DNA of 32,000 nucleotides from Psychrobacter cryohalolentis K5 (GTDB lineage: Bacteria > Pseudomonadota > Gammaproteobacteria > Pseudomonadales > Moraxellaceae). The stretch is from NCBI RefSeq assembly GCF_000013905.1, contig NC_007969.1, positions 2,310,001 through 2,342,000 of the forward strand, given 5' to 3'. Shown in pieces: positions 1-12,252 of the stretch. Made by a program: the position numbers and the translations under genes. Numbering within the stretch: position 1 is the stretch's first letter; the number at the start of each line of letters is the position of its first letter. A model generated the notes under the pieces. That model made no database searches, was not told the origin of the DNA, and worked only from the letters and a program-made list of their open reading frames with translations.

Positions 1-314
<314 letters not shown>

Positions 315-612
315 TCATGCCAAGTTTATGAGATAAATAACGGCAACTAGAATACAAAAAAGATAAAGCAGAATATCGTATAGTAATGCGCAAAAAAAGC
401 TTTAGTGATTAATACAATCGGCTCATTTTAAACGTAATCAAAGATTTATTTCATCCCTTAACCATTAGCTATAGTGCTTGGTATCATAGCATAAATTTTG
501 CCAAACTTCCCTTATCTTAAAGCAACGGACGGTCATAAAATCGCCAATCAATAGTCAAATGAGCCACTATCAATTTATCTCAGTACCTATGATATCAAAC
601 GTTATATAACTC

Positions 613-2973
613 TTACGCTTTTGTTAGACGATCTGCTTTAGTGTGGGAGTCTGATACGGTATTATTCAGCTCAACCTTTGTCTTAAAACGCGTTAAACGC
701 AGCGCATTCATCAATACAGAAATTGAGCTAAGCGCCATAGCGGCAGCGGCAATCATAGGATTCAAAAAGCCAAAAGCAGCGAGCGGAATACCAAGGCAAT
801 TATAAATAAAGGCAAAAAACAGATTTTGTTTGATATTACGCAGCGTGGCATTCGCAATTTTTTGCGCTGCGTCGATATGCATCAGCGACTCACCCATCAA
901 GCGCGCAGAGGCACTATGTTGGGCGACATCCGTGCCTTCAAACATGGCAAAGCTGGCATCGGCAGTTGCCATCGCTGGTGCATCATTGACCCCATCTCCT
1001 GCCATAGCGACTTTATGACCCGCTGTTTGCAGTAGAGCAATTTGGCTGGCCTTGTCACGTGGACTCATCTTTCCATACGCTTTTTCGATACCAAGCTGTC
1101 CGGCAACGTGATCGACGACAGATTGTTTGTCACCACTCATCAAAATAACATTAATACCCGCATCTTGTAGCGCAGTAATTGCCTGCGGCGTATCTGATTT
1201 TAAGTCATCCGCTAAAGCAAATGCGCCTAGTGCTTCATCGTTAATACTAATCGCAACAGTACTGGCAATTTGCCATACCTTTGGCATCAATTTAGGCAAT
1301 ACAAGATTGGCAAACTCTGCTGTGCCAACCTTTACCACACCTAAGCCTTCAATATTTGCCTGTATACCTGCGCCTTTGATAACGCTGATATCAGACACAT
1401 CGAATAAGGATAAACCACGTGCTGTCGCTGCATTGACCAAAGCAGTTGCAAGCGGATGACTGGCATGTACTTCAATACTTGCGGCAATCTGTAGTACATC
1501 ATCAACCGCTATTGATTTATCAACCATAACTTCATCGACGATGGTCGGTTTGCCAATGGTTAAGGTACCCGTCTTATCGAGCACTACTATATCGATATTG
1601 CCTGCCGCTTCTAGGCTTTGCGCATCTTTAAACCAAACACCGTGACGCGCAGCCACGCCCATACCTGCCATGATTGCGGCTGGTGTCGCCAAACCAAGCG
1701 CACATGGACAAGCAATGACCAATACAGATACTGCGTGCATCAAAGCCGTATCGAGCATACCGGTTAGCCACCACGTCACACCAAAGGCAACCAGTGCAAT
1801 TACTACCACAACGGGCACAAAGACCGCAGTGACTCTATCAGCAAGGCGTGCCAAATTGGCTTTTGAGCCTTGGGCATCGCTGAGGGCTTGTACCATATCA
1901 CCAAGTTTAGTATCGCTACCCTTGGCATTGACGCGGTATAACAAGCTACCGTTTTCGACCAAGGCACCCGCTAATAATCCATCGCCTACTTCTTTCTTAA
2001 GCGGTACTGACTCACCGGTTAAATGACTTTCGACACACCAGCCAGCACCATCGATGACCGTACCATCGGTTGCAACGCGGCTTCCTTGCTTAGCACGCAA
2101 GATATCACCCACTTGTACCTCTTTGAGAGCGATATTTTTAAACTCACCATTTGGCTGCTGTTGCTCAACTTCGTCTGGTGTCAGCGATAATAGTAAATCA
2201 ATACTATTCAGACTGTGCTTTTTAGTGCGCTCTTCAAGGTATTTACCCGTGCGCACAAAAGCAATAACCATCACACCTGCTTCAAAATATACCGCAGGAC
2301 TGCCACTCGCACCATGACCGCCAGTATGCCCACTTTGCAACAGACTATTTAAGCTACCATCACCATGGGTCAGCCAAAGATACGTTGAATATGCCCAAAT
2401 GGTTACCGTACCGATGACGACCAATACGTCCATATTGGCAAGACCGCCTCTAATAGACGCCCAAGCACTTTTATAAAATGGTAAAGCAAATCCAAACTGT
2501 ACAATGGTCGCTAATATGAATTGCATCCAAACCGGTGGCATCCATGCCATACCCTGCCCAAAGAGCATACCTGCCATACCAATTAAAAACGGCACCAAAC
2601 AGACCCATAGTCCAATCAAACGCCATGGATACTGAGTGCTTGCATCCTCACCTTTTTGAGCAAACAAGCTATCAGCCGCCTGCAAATTGGCGACAAAACC
2701 CGTTTTGTTGACCCATTCCGTCACCTGCTCTGCCGTCGTCTGTGTCGGATCATAATCCACATTGGCGGTCTCGCCTGCGAAGTTCACGCTGACCTCATAG
2801 ACTGATGGCTTTTTATTCAAAACCTTTTCAATCCGTGATGCACAGGCCTGACACGTCATACCCTCTATCGCCAGCTGCAAGTGCGCACGCTGCGGCGTAA
2901 GCGGGGTATTAGACTGAATATCAGTCTCTACATCATAAGAATTATGGGTATCGGTATGGGTAGAATCATTCAT
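613..2973 (-). CDS. copA: Copper-translocating P1B-type ATPase
   Basis: 786-aa ORF with one N-terminal HMA domain (GMTCQACASRIE), a CPC transmembrane metal site (ACPCALGLATP), the DKTGT phosphorylation motif (LDKTGTLT) and the GDGVNDAP hinge. A His/Thr/Asp-rich leader (MNDSTHTDTHNSY) precedes the HMA domain. Confidence 0.95.
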   Translation of the reverse strand: MNDSTHTDTHNSYDVETDIQSNTPLTPQRAHLQLAIEGMTCQACASRIEKVLNKKPSVYEVSVNFAGETANVDYDPTQTTAEQVTEWVNKTGFVANLQAADSLFAQKGEDASTQYPWRLIGLWVCLVPFLIGMAGMLFGQGMAWMPPVWMQFILATIVQFGFALPFYKSAWASIRGGLANMDVLVVIGTVTIWAYSTYLWLTHGDGSLNSLLQSGHTGGHGASGSPAVYFEAGVMVIAFVRTGKYLEERTKKHSLNSIDLLLSLTPDEVEQQQPNGEFKNIALKEVQVGDILRAKQGSRVATDGTVIDGAGWCVESHLTGESVPLKKEVGDGLLAGALVENGSLLYRVNAKGSDTKLGDMVQALSDAQGSKANLARLADRVTAVFVPVVVVIALVAFGVTWWLTGMLDTALMHAVSVLVIACPCALGLATPAAIMAGMGVAARHGVWFKDAQSLEAAGNIDIVVLDKTGTLTIGKPTIVDEVMVDKSIAVDDVLQIAASIEVHASHPLATALVNAATARGLSLFDVSDISVIKGAGIQANIEGLGVVKVGTAEFANLVLPKLMPKVWQIASTVAISINDEALGAFALADDLKSDTPQAITALQDAGINVILMSGDKQSVVDHVAGQLGIEKAYGKMSPRDKASQIALLQTAGHKVAMAGDGVNDAPAMATADASFAMFEGTDVAQHSASARLMGESLMHIDAAQKIANATLRNIKQNLFFAFIYNCLGIPLAAFGFLNPMIAAAAMALSSISVLMNALRLTRFKTKVELNNTVSDSHTKADRLTKA

Positions 2974-3261
2974 AAATAAAACTCGTTATGGCGTTTATAA
3001 ATTTGTATGAGCTATAAAAATCTATCAGTGGAGGAATAAAAATCCAAATCAAACAAGCAGTACATTCTAAAGATTAATATCATATTGTTGTTCAGAGCAT
3101 CTAAATAGTAGTCATCTTAGTGTATCAACCTATATATTAAATGGTCATGATTAGCGCCAATTCAACTATTTCAGCCGGCCAATTATTTCAGATTAAAAGA
3201 ACATGTTGCAGAAATAAGAGAGCTGAGAACACTACTCTGATAGCCATGGTTTTTAACCATT

Positions 3262-3287
3262 AAAAAACCAGCCATGATAGCTGGTTT
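3262..3287 (-). terminator. Rho-independent terminator downstream of copZ
   Basis: Read on the minus strand: stem AAACCAGC, loop TATCATG, stem GCTGGTTT, followed by a T-run. It starts about 20 nt after the copZ stop. Confidence 0.6.
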
Positions 3288-3307
3288 GTTTATAACAAAG
3301 CATAAAA

Positions 3308-3532
3308 TTAAGCGTTGGTAACAGTGGCATCAAAGCCTGCGTCATCAATAGCAGCAGCAATCGTCTCTGCACTGGTTTTGCTATCATCAAAGGTGACTGT
3401 CGCTTGATTGTCTGCAAGCTCGATACTGATGTCATCTAAACCATCGATATCAGCGGTGGCGTTATGGACGCTTGCCACACAGCCACCACAAGTCATGCCA
3501 TCAATTTTAATGATACGGGTTTGGTTTCCCAT
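3308..3532 (-). CDS. copZ: Copper chaperone, single HMA domain (CopZ-like)
   Basis: 74 aa with GMTCGGCVASV (MxCxxC) at the expected position of a beta-alpha-beta-beta-alpha-beta HMA fold. GGAG Shine-Dalgarno 5 nt upstream of the ATG. Adjacent to copA. Confidence 0.9.
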   Translation of the reverse strand: MGNQTRIIKIDGMTCGGCVASVHNATADIDGLDDISIELADNQATVTFDDSKTSAETIAAAIDDAGFDATVTNA

Positions 3533-3667
3533 GAGAGGCTCCTTATTTTTATCTGTGAATAAATGGTTTGTATACTTTAATGGTATAAGACTTTATTAAA
3601 ATAGCCAAGACCAGCATAAGAGCTATTGCCGTTGACCACAAGTCAGTTTGGTTATACTTTTATAAAT

Positions 3668-3922
3668 CTAATCATGATAACGTGGATTTTGCGGGGCATC
3701 GATAGGAAATGGCTGAGTGACATAATCGACCATACTAATCGCAGCAGTAAAGGCATGGATACTGGTTTTGGTATCATCATAACGCACCAACGCCATATGA
3801 CTGTTAGCATCTAACTCAATAGCGGTGACGCCCGTTATATTCTTCAAAGCGGTCATGACGCTATCTAAACCTTCTGAATCATTGATATTTTCAATGCTTA
3901 CTTGTGCCACTTTAATCGCCAC
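3668..3922 (-). CDS. HMA-fold paralogue of CopZ lacking the CxxC metal site; function unknown
   Basis: 84 aa with a GTG start and a strong GAGGA SD 7 nt upstream. Aligns without gaps to CopZ over IENINDSEGLDSV versus IDGMTCGGCVASV. Shares DD(T/S)KTS and (T/A)AAI further on. No cysteine anywhere in the protein. Begins 27 nt after the kdsA stop with no terminator between. Confidence 0.75.
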   Translation of the reverse strand: MAIKVAQVSIENINDSEGLDSVMTALKNITGVTAIELDANSHMALVRYDDTKTSIHAFTAAISMVDYVTQPFPIDAPQNPRYHD

Positions 3923-3949
3923 TGTCTTATCCTCACATTACTTATGATA

Positions 3950-4912
<963 letters not shown>

Positions 4913-4953
4913 TTAGAAAAATCAGCATGCAAACCACTGCCAAAAAATCAGCC

Positions 4954-4987
4954 AAAAAAAAAGACCAATCCGAAGATCAGTCTTTTT
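4954..4987 (-). terminator. Rho-independent terminator downstream of pyrG
   Basis: Minus-strand read: GACTGATC-TTCG-GATTGGTC hairpin (includes G-U pairs and a TTCG tetraloop) followed by 9 T. A short T-run on the other side as well. Confidence 0.6.
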
Positions 4988-5014
4988 ATATCAAAAGCAC
5001 TTATAACTTAACCA

Positions 5015-6724
<1,710 letters not shown>

Positions 6725-6812
6725 CTATTAAATTATTAAATTTCAGCAATATTATAAGCTTGTAAAATTTTGCTATATTTAGCTGAATGATACAAAATTA
6801 TTGAAACAATCT

Positions 6813-7595
6813 TTAATGGGACTTAGCACTGGCTCTATGTTTAAACACTACCAGACAAAAAATAATAAAGACGAGCAATACTGCTGACGCTCCAAAACGG
6901 CTTAATGCTAGACCGCCGTGATCAATAGGTTTGTCCAAAAAATCTCCTAACACTGCTCCTAATGGTCTAGTAAGAATAAAAGCTGACCAAAACAGTAGTG
7001 TTCTAGATATATTTGTCCAAAAATATGCTCCTGCAATTATGGCCAATAAGCTTCCAAATATGATCGCGCTCGTAGTATAGCCCATGCCTTTGCTATCTGC
7101 TACCCAATCTCCAAGTGCGGTACCTAGTGTTTGAGAGAACATAATTGTTGTCCAATAAAACATCTCAGCCTTAGATGACACAATACTATCAACACTGATA
7201 CTGCCCATAGTTTTTCGCCAAACTACTAAGCATACAATTAACATTGCAAATAATAGTGATGTTCCACCAGCATAGCCAATCCCTAAAGAGCGATCAACAA
7301 AATCTGCAATAGTAGTCCCAAGGGTCGTTGTCGCAACGATAGTACCCCAATAAAGCCATTTATTGAACTGTTTTGCTTTGATTTGTGTGGCGACTGCAAC
7401 AGCAAATATGACGGCAAATATTGCTGTACTTACAATGTACCCTAAGTTCAACGACATAGATAATGCATCGCCTGCTGTTTCTCCTAAGGTAGTGGCGGCT
7501 ACTTTAATTATCCAAAATAATAAGGTGACCTCAGGTACTTTCACTAATGCTTGTTTTACAGTAGCCATGTGATTATCTAATATGAGTTTGTCCAT
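6813..7595 (-). CDS. Polytopic inner-membrane protein with a 4-fold internal repeat; function unknown (resembles the uncharacterised membrane-protein group I remember as COG4705, from memory only)
   Basis: 260 aa with about 8 hydrophobic segments. Four repeat units each carry (F/Y)W...(T)LGxxxGD: FWIIKVAATTLGETAGDAL, YWGTIVATTTLGTTIADFV, YWTTIMFSQTLGTALGDWV, FWSAFILTRPLGAVLGDFL. AGGGG SD 7 nt upstream. Confidence 0.8.
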   Translation of the reverse strand: MDKLILDNHMATVKQALVKVPEVTLLFWIIKVAATTLGETAGDALSMSLNLGYIVSTAIFAVIFAVAVATQIKAKQFNKWLYWGTIVATTTLGTTIADFVDRSLGIGYAGGTSLLFAMLIVCLVVWRKTMGSISVDSIVSSKAEMFYWTTIMFSQTLGTALGDWVADSKGMGYTTSAIIFGSLLAIIAGAYFWTNISRTLLFWSAFILTRPLGAVLGDFLDKPIDHGGLALSRFGASAVLLVFIIFCLVVFKHRASAKSH

Positions 7596-7731
7596 TTTTA
7601 TACCCCTTTAAGTCATTACTTTAGTTTAATCAACTTAATTAATAAGTTTACTTTACAAGCAACACTGATATTAGAAAAGCTAATCCATAAAACAATGACA
7701 CTAAGGCCGTTAAGAAAGCATTAAGATGCAC

Positions 7732-7767
7732 AAAAAAAGGCCTATCAATTTTGATAGGCCTTTTTTT
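7732..7767. terminator. Bidirectional rho-independent terminator downstream of the porin gene
   Basis: A7-AGGCCTATC-aatttt-GATAGGCCT-T7. Perfect 9-bp stem flanked by an A-run and a T-run. Confidence 0.75.
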
Positions 7768-7792
7768 ATGTTCTTACTTTATAATGATAGAT

Positions 7793-8878
7793 TTAGAATT
7801 TGTATTCTAGACCAGTACCGATAACGAATACTTCTGCATCACCACGTACATTAGTATATGAAGTAGCATTTGGAGTAGCTTTATATGCATAGTTAACATT
7901 ATCAGCTTTGTTCATACCAGCATAGGCATGAGCAATGATGTTGTCTTTATACATGTATTTGCCACCAACAACGATTTGATCTGAATCAGCATTATCAAAA
8001 CCATTTAAATTGTCAGTTTTGTTATACTGAGTATAGATAGACGCTGGGCGAGCAAAGTTAGCTAAAGGCATCTCAGCACTAATTACTAAGCCTTTTTCTT
8101 TCTCAGCACCTGTTATCTTGCCATTTCTATCAAGACCATCGTAATCAGCTACTTGATATAGCGCGCCTAGTGTTACAGGAGCAGCGATAAACTTGCTTAG
8201 ATCTACAGTAGCAGTACCACGGATGATATCACCGAGGATGTTTTGATCTTTATCATAAGCAACACCAGCAGTGAAGCCAGTACCTTGATCAAACAACATT
8301 GCTACGCCAAAGCCAGAGTTATCGTTACCATTTACATCATCAGAGCTATACATAGCAGATAATTGTAATGGTAGACCGTTATACTTAGGTGCAGTCCAGA
8401 TGATTGAACTTGCGATACGGTTACTATCAGCCATGTTTAATGCTTCAACAACTTCATTCTCATTTTGAGTAGTACCTAAGTTATCAAAATAACCTTGGTT
8501 AACAACAACGTTATCAATACGAGCAAGCGTTGATTGGTTTTTACCAACACGGAACTCACCAAATTGTTTGTTGTTTACACCAAGGAATGTATCACGGTTA
8601 GTAAAACCATTTTTATCACCATCAACCTTTGTGCCATACTCTAACTGATAGATAACATCAGTGTTAGCAGTCATAGCTTCAGAACCTTTAAAGCCTAAAC
8701 GTGAAGCATGAGAGTTGATCTCTACTGTATCTTCATCATACATGTTGCCAGCAGGGCCATCAAATTCAGCATTAACATAGTCCATAGCAACGAAAGCTTT
8801 ACCATAAACAGTTGGTGCTGCATTGGCTGCAGATACAGATAGGGCAGCGATTGCTGTAGCTAAAAGTAGTTTTTTCAT
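7793..8878 (-). CDS. Outer-membrane general porin (Gram-negative porin family)
   Basis: 361 aa. Signal peptide MKKLLLATAIAALSVSAANA-AP. Alternating beta-strand pattern rich in G/Y/N/D. C-terminal GLEYKF with terminal Phe. GGAG SD. Confidence 0.9.
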   Translation of the reverse strand: MKKLLLATAIAALSVSAANAAPTVYGKAFVAMDYVNAEFDGPAGNMYDEDTVEINSHASRLGFKGSEAMTANTDVIYQLEYGTKVDGDKNGFTNRDTFLGVNNKQFGEFRVGKNQSTLARIDNVVVNQGYFDNLGTTQNENEVVEALNMADSNRIASSIIWTAPKYNGLPLQLSAMYSSDDVNGNDNSGFGVAMLFDQGTGFTAGVAYDKDQNILGDIIRGTATVDLSKFIAAPVTLGALYQVADYDGLDRNGKITGAEKEKGLVISAEMPLANFARPASIYTQYNKTDNLNGFDNADSDQIVVGGKYMYKDNIIAHAYAGMNKADNVNYAYKATPNATSYTNVRGDAEVFVIGTGLEYKF

Positions 8879-9249
8879 GGGGGTATCTCCACTTTACAAT
8901 TTTAGTAATGAGCGAGCTATTATTAGCCGTTGCCCAAATGGTATCGTCACAAATCCTCAAAGATATAATGTGTAACTGGCTACCGAGATTAGTCAGAAAC
9001 AAGTGTGGCGAAGTTCTATTACCGTAAGATGAAAAAAACCATGACTTACATAACTGGGATTAAAAAAGTAACTGCCATGTAAACTTTGGTCTTTATCGCT
9101 CTGTTGCGTAACATCCGTTACCAAACTCATACTTCAGCTACAAGCATAACAACTTTGACATAATTTGCAACATTTTTTTGAAGCTTCAGTTGGGAAAAAC
9201 TTTCAAACCCACCCTCTGTATAAGGTTTTACCTTAAAGAAAATTTTGAC

Positions 9250-9286
9250 AAAAAACACCCCTACTCGTTTAAAACGAATAAGGGTG
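9250..9286 (-). terminator. Probable rho-independent terminator downstream of malate synthase G
   Basis: Minus-strand read: CACCCTTATTCG-TTTTAAA-CGAGTAGGGGTG (10 of 12 pairs) followed by TTTTTTG, about 140 nt after the glcB stop. Confidence 0.55.
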
Positions 9287-9427
9287 AGAATTACAAAGGA
9301 AATCAGAAACGCTAAAAATTTTGGCAATTAAAAGTGCTAAAACTTGACAGGTACTTACCTCTTTTATTGGCAGTCACTGACCTCGCTTAAAGGGTGCTTA
9401 TTGCTAAATTCAGTCTTGTTTTAACTT

Positions 9428-11632
9428 TTAGCAGCCAACACTGGCTTTTAGATCTAGACGTGCTTGATGCAATAATGGCTCAGTATAACCACTTGGCTGC
9501 TCGCGACCTTTAAATACCAAATCACAAGCGGCTTTGAAAGCATAGGAGTTGTCCAAGTCAGTCGCCATTGGTTGATAATCAGCATCACCAGCGTTTTGCT
9601 CATCGACGATTTTAGCCATACGTTTCATAGCGTCCATCACTTGCTGCTCGCTGACAACATTATGGTGTAACCAATTGGCAATATGCTGACTTGAGATACG
9701 CAATGTCGCACGATCTTCCATCAAGCCGACGTCATTGATGTCAGGTACTTTAGAGCAACCAACGCCTTGGTTTACCCAACGTACGACATAGCCTAGGATA
9801 CCTTGAGCATTATTATCAATCTCTTGCTGTTTTTCTTCTTCAGTCCAATTGGTGTTTTTTGCCAATGGAATGGTTAAGATATCATCTACGCTAGCGCGCG
9901 CACGTGATTTCAGGCTGTCTTGAACCTCAGCAACATTGACTTTATGATAGTGCATGCTGTGTAAGGTAGCACCCGTTGGAGATGGCACCCACGCCGTATT
10001 AGCACCTGCCTGTGGATGGGCAATTTTGGTGTCCATCATCTCTTGCATTTCATCAGGTTTTGCCCACATGCCTTTACCAATCTGCGCGTGACCTTGTAAG
10101 CCTACTTCAAGACCGATATCGACGTTCCATTGCTCATAAGCAGGCAGCCACGTTTGCGACTTCATATCGCCTTTGCGGACAAATGGACCTGCATTCATAC
10201 TGGTGTGCATCTCATCACCTGTGCGATCTAAGAAGCCGGTATTGATGAAAATAACACGCTCTTTTGCTTGGCGAATGGCTTCTTTTAAGTTGACCGTCAT
10301 ACGGCGTTCTTCATCCATAATGCCGATCTTTATCGTATAACGCTCTAAGCCCAGTAGGTCTTCTGAGGCGTTAAATAAGTCATTCGCCATCTTCACCTCA
10401 TCAGGACCATGCATTTTTGGTTTAACAATATACATTGAACCTTTACGTGAGTTTGATAGCTCGGTTTTACCTTTTAAATCATTCAATGATAATAAAGGCG
10501 TAATCAAACCATCCATTAAACCTTCGAAAACCTCTTCTTGACCATTGCCTAAATCTACCAAAATCGATGGATTTTGCATGAGATGTCCGACGTTACGTAG
10601 CAATAAAAGTGAGCGACCTGGCAAGGTCAGCGTATCACCCTCTGGCGTAGTATATTCGCGATCAGGATTCTGTTTACGCGTACGGGTCTTGCCGCCTTTC
10701 TCAAAGGTTTCTTGCAAATCGCCATTCATCAAGCCAAACCAATTGCGATACGCTTCAACCTTCTCTTCTGCATCAACAGCAGCGATGGAGTCTTCACAAT
10801 CTTGTATCGCAGTCAGCGCCGACTCTAATAACACGTCTTTGATATGTGCAGGATCATCTTTGCCAATGGGATGATTGCCATCAACTTGAATCTCAGCATG
10901 CAAGTTATTGTTCTTTAATAACACAGCGCTAGGACTATCAGCGTCGCCTACGAAACCTGCAAACTGTGCGGCATCTTTTAGTTGCGTGCTGCTATCGCCT
11001 TGCGCAATTTCAAGCTTACCATCAACGACTCTAAAACCTGTTACATCGCTATAGGAGCCTGATGCTAAGGCAAAATTTTCATCTAGGAATTTTTTGGCAT
11101 AAGCGACGACGGCTGCGCCACGTGTTGGATTGTAGCCACCTTTTGCTTCTTGACCATTTTCATCACTGATAACATTGGTGCCATATAAAGCATCATATAA
11201 GCTGCCCCAACGCGCATTATTGGCGTTCAACGCATAGCGAGCATTACGTACTGGTACTACCAGCTGAGGTCCTGCAATACGGGCAATCTCATCATCGACG
11301 TTTTCTGTGCTGACACTGAACGCTTCGCCTTCTGGTAATAGGTAGCCAATTTCTTGTAAAAATGCTTTGTACGCTGGATAATCAATGTCGCCATTTTTGG
11401 TAGGATGTTGCAGGTGCCATTGGTCAATCTGTCCTTGAATCTTAGCACGCGTTGCAAGCAGTGCTTTATTACGTGGCGTAAACTCTTTGATGACCTTTTC
11501 GAAACCTGACCAGTAACCGTCTGAATCAATACCGACTTTCGGCAGCACTTCATTTTCGATAAAATCGAACAGCTGCTGATCAATGGCAAGAATGCCTTTT
11601 TGAACACGATTGGCATTAGAAGACTGGCTCAT
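9428..11632 (-). CDS. glcB: Malate synthase G
   Basis: 734 aa, the size of G-type malate synthases. Motifs [16 protein letters not shown] and [18 protein letters not shown] match the GlcB active-site region as I recall it. AGGA SD 7 nt upstream. Confidence 0.95.
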   Translation of the reverse strand: MSQSSNANRVQKGILAIDQQLFDFIENEVLPKVGIDSDGYWSGFEKVIKEFTPRNKALLATRAKIQGQIDQWHLQHPTKNGDIDYPAYKAFLQEIGYLLPEGEAFSVSTENVDDEIARIAGPQLVVPVRNARYALNANNARWGSLYDALYGTNVISDENGQEAKGGYNPTRGAAVVAYAKKFLDENFALASGSYSDVTGFRVVDGKLEIAQGDSSTQLKDAAQFAGFVGDADSPSAVLLKNNNLHAEIQVDGNHPIGKDDPAHIKDVLLESALTAIQDCEDSIAAVDAEEKVEAYRNWFGLMNGDLQETFEKGGKTRTRKQNPDREYTTPEGDTLTLPGRSLLLLRNVGHLMQNPSILVDLGNGQEEVFEGLMDGLITPLLSLNDLKGKTELSNSRKGSMYIVKPKMHGPDEVKMANDLFNASEDLLGLERYTIKIGIMDEERRMTVNLKEAIRQAKERVIFINTGFLDRTGDEMHTSMNAGPFVRKGDMKSQTWLPAYEQWNVDIGLEVGLQGHAQIGKGMWAKPDEMQEMMDTKIAHPQAGANTAWVPSPTGATLHSMHYHKVNVAEVQDSLKSRARASVDDILTIPLAKNTNWTEEEKQQEIDNNAQGILGYVVRWVNQGVGCSKVPDINDVGLMEDRATLRISSQHIANWLHHNVVSEQQVMDAMKRMAKIVDEQNAGDADYQPMATDLDNSYAFKAACDLVFKGREQPSGYTEPLLHQARLDLKASVGC

Positions 11633-12252
11633 ACTGTTATCCTTATCTGTTTGTTAGATTTGTTGATACTGGGCTGCTAAAACATACCTCGTCCATGTAC
11701 ACAGTCATGCAAAAGGGCGCATAAAGCAGAGTTGTAAAGTAATAAATAAGCTACAAGCCAAGTAAATTTACTGCTGCATTACCTCGGCTGTCATTATTTG
11801 AGCGGTATTTAACGTTGTATTATCTAGATAGGTTTTACATAAAGATAGGCTATAAACCTTAGATTTTGAGACGCGATTGATAGTTGATATACTATTGGCT
11901 ACCTGCTATCAGTTGACAAGCAATAGTAAGACAAAATACGTTAAAAGCAAAATATTATCCTACTACCAAATAAGGCAATAAACAAGGAAACCCCATTTAG
12001 TAACTAAATGCTTGTGCTGTAGATAAATGATAGTCTATATACCATATGCGCCAGCAACGATTATCTTGCTATCCTATCCTATTAAATCACTCATAAGTAT
12101 AAACTGTAAGTAATCATTACGATATTAATTTATGCGTAACGGTTATCTATCATATCAAAGTAGTCTGAAGAGTTTAAATACATATCGCGCGTATATATCT
12201 ACTTTTTTTCATTATTTTATTCATCCACTCATCGATAAAGTCTAAGCAAACC

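Noticed and set aside
826-2317. Series of plus-strand ORFs (62-118 aa) antisense to copA. Similar antisense ORFs occur inside kdsA, pyrG, glcB, ppk, mtgA, glcD, the permease gene, lldD, the rhomboid gene and fumC.
   Set aside because: Each lies entirely within a long, motif-supported gene on the other strand. Their translations are low-complexity (Ala/Ser/Thr/Pro/Cys-rich) with no recognisable motifs or SD. They look like frame artefacts of codon bias.
3568-3590. Dyad TTGTATAC-N7-GTATAAGA upstream of copZ, considered as a MerR/CueR-type operator.
   Set aside because: The half-sites match only 6 of 8 positions and bear no resemblance to the CueR consensus I know. The dyad is not centred in a convincing 19-bp-spacer promoter. 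GTATAC is self-complementary, so the apparent symmetry is partly trivial.
7626-7639. Exact 14-mer TTAATCAACTTAAT, also present at 14675-14688.
   Set aside because: A rough expectation for an AT-rich 14-mer over all position pairs in 32 kb on both strands is well above one chance match. There is no extended similarity around either copy.
9127-9327. 66-aa minus-strand ORF in the porin-glcB spacer. The 67-aa ORF at 8799-9002 overlaps the porin start.
   Set aside because: The 66-aa ORF runs through the probable glcB terminator hairpin (9250-9286) and has no SD and an AT-driven Phe/Lys/Val composition. The 8799-9002 ORF overlaps the porin signal-peptide region out of frame.
6750-9400. Lower G+C of the membrane-protein and porin segment (about 33-38% on the lines I counted), considered as evidence of a genomic island.
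   Set aside because: The porin is rich in Asn/Lys/Tyr/Asp/Gly and probably highly expressed, which alone lowers G+C. There are no mobility genes, flanking repeats or tRNA. I cannot separate composition bias from foreign origin without genome-wide statistics.
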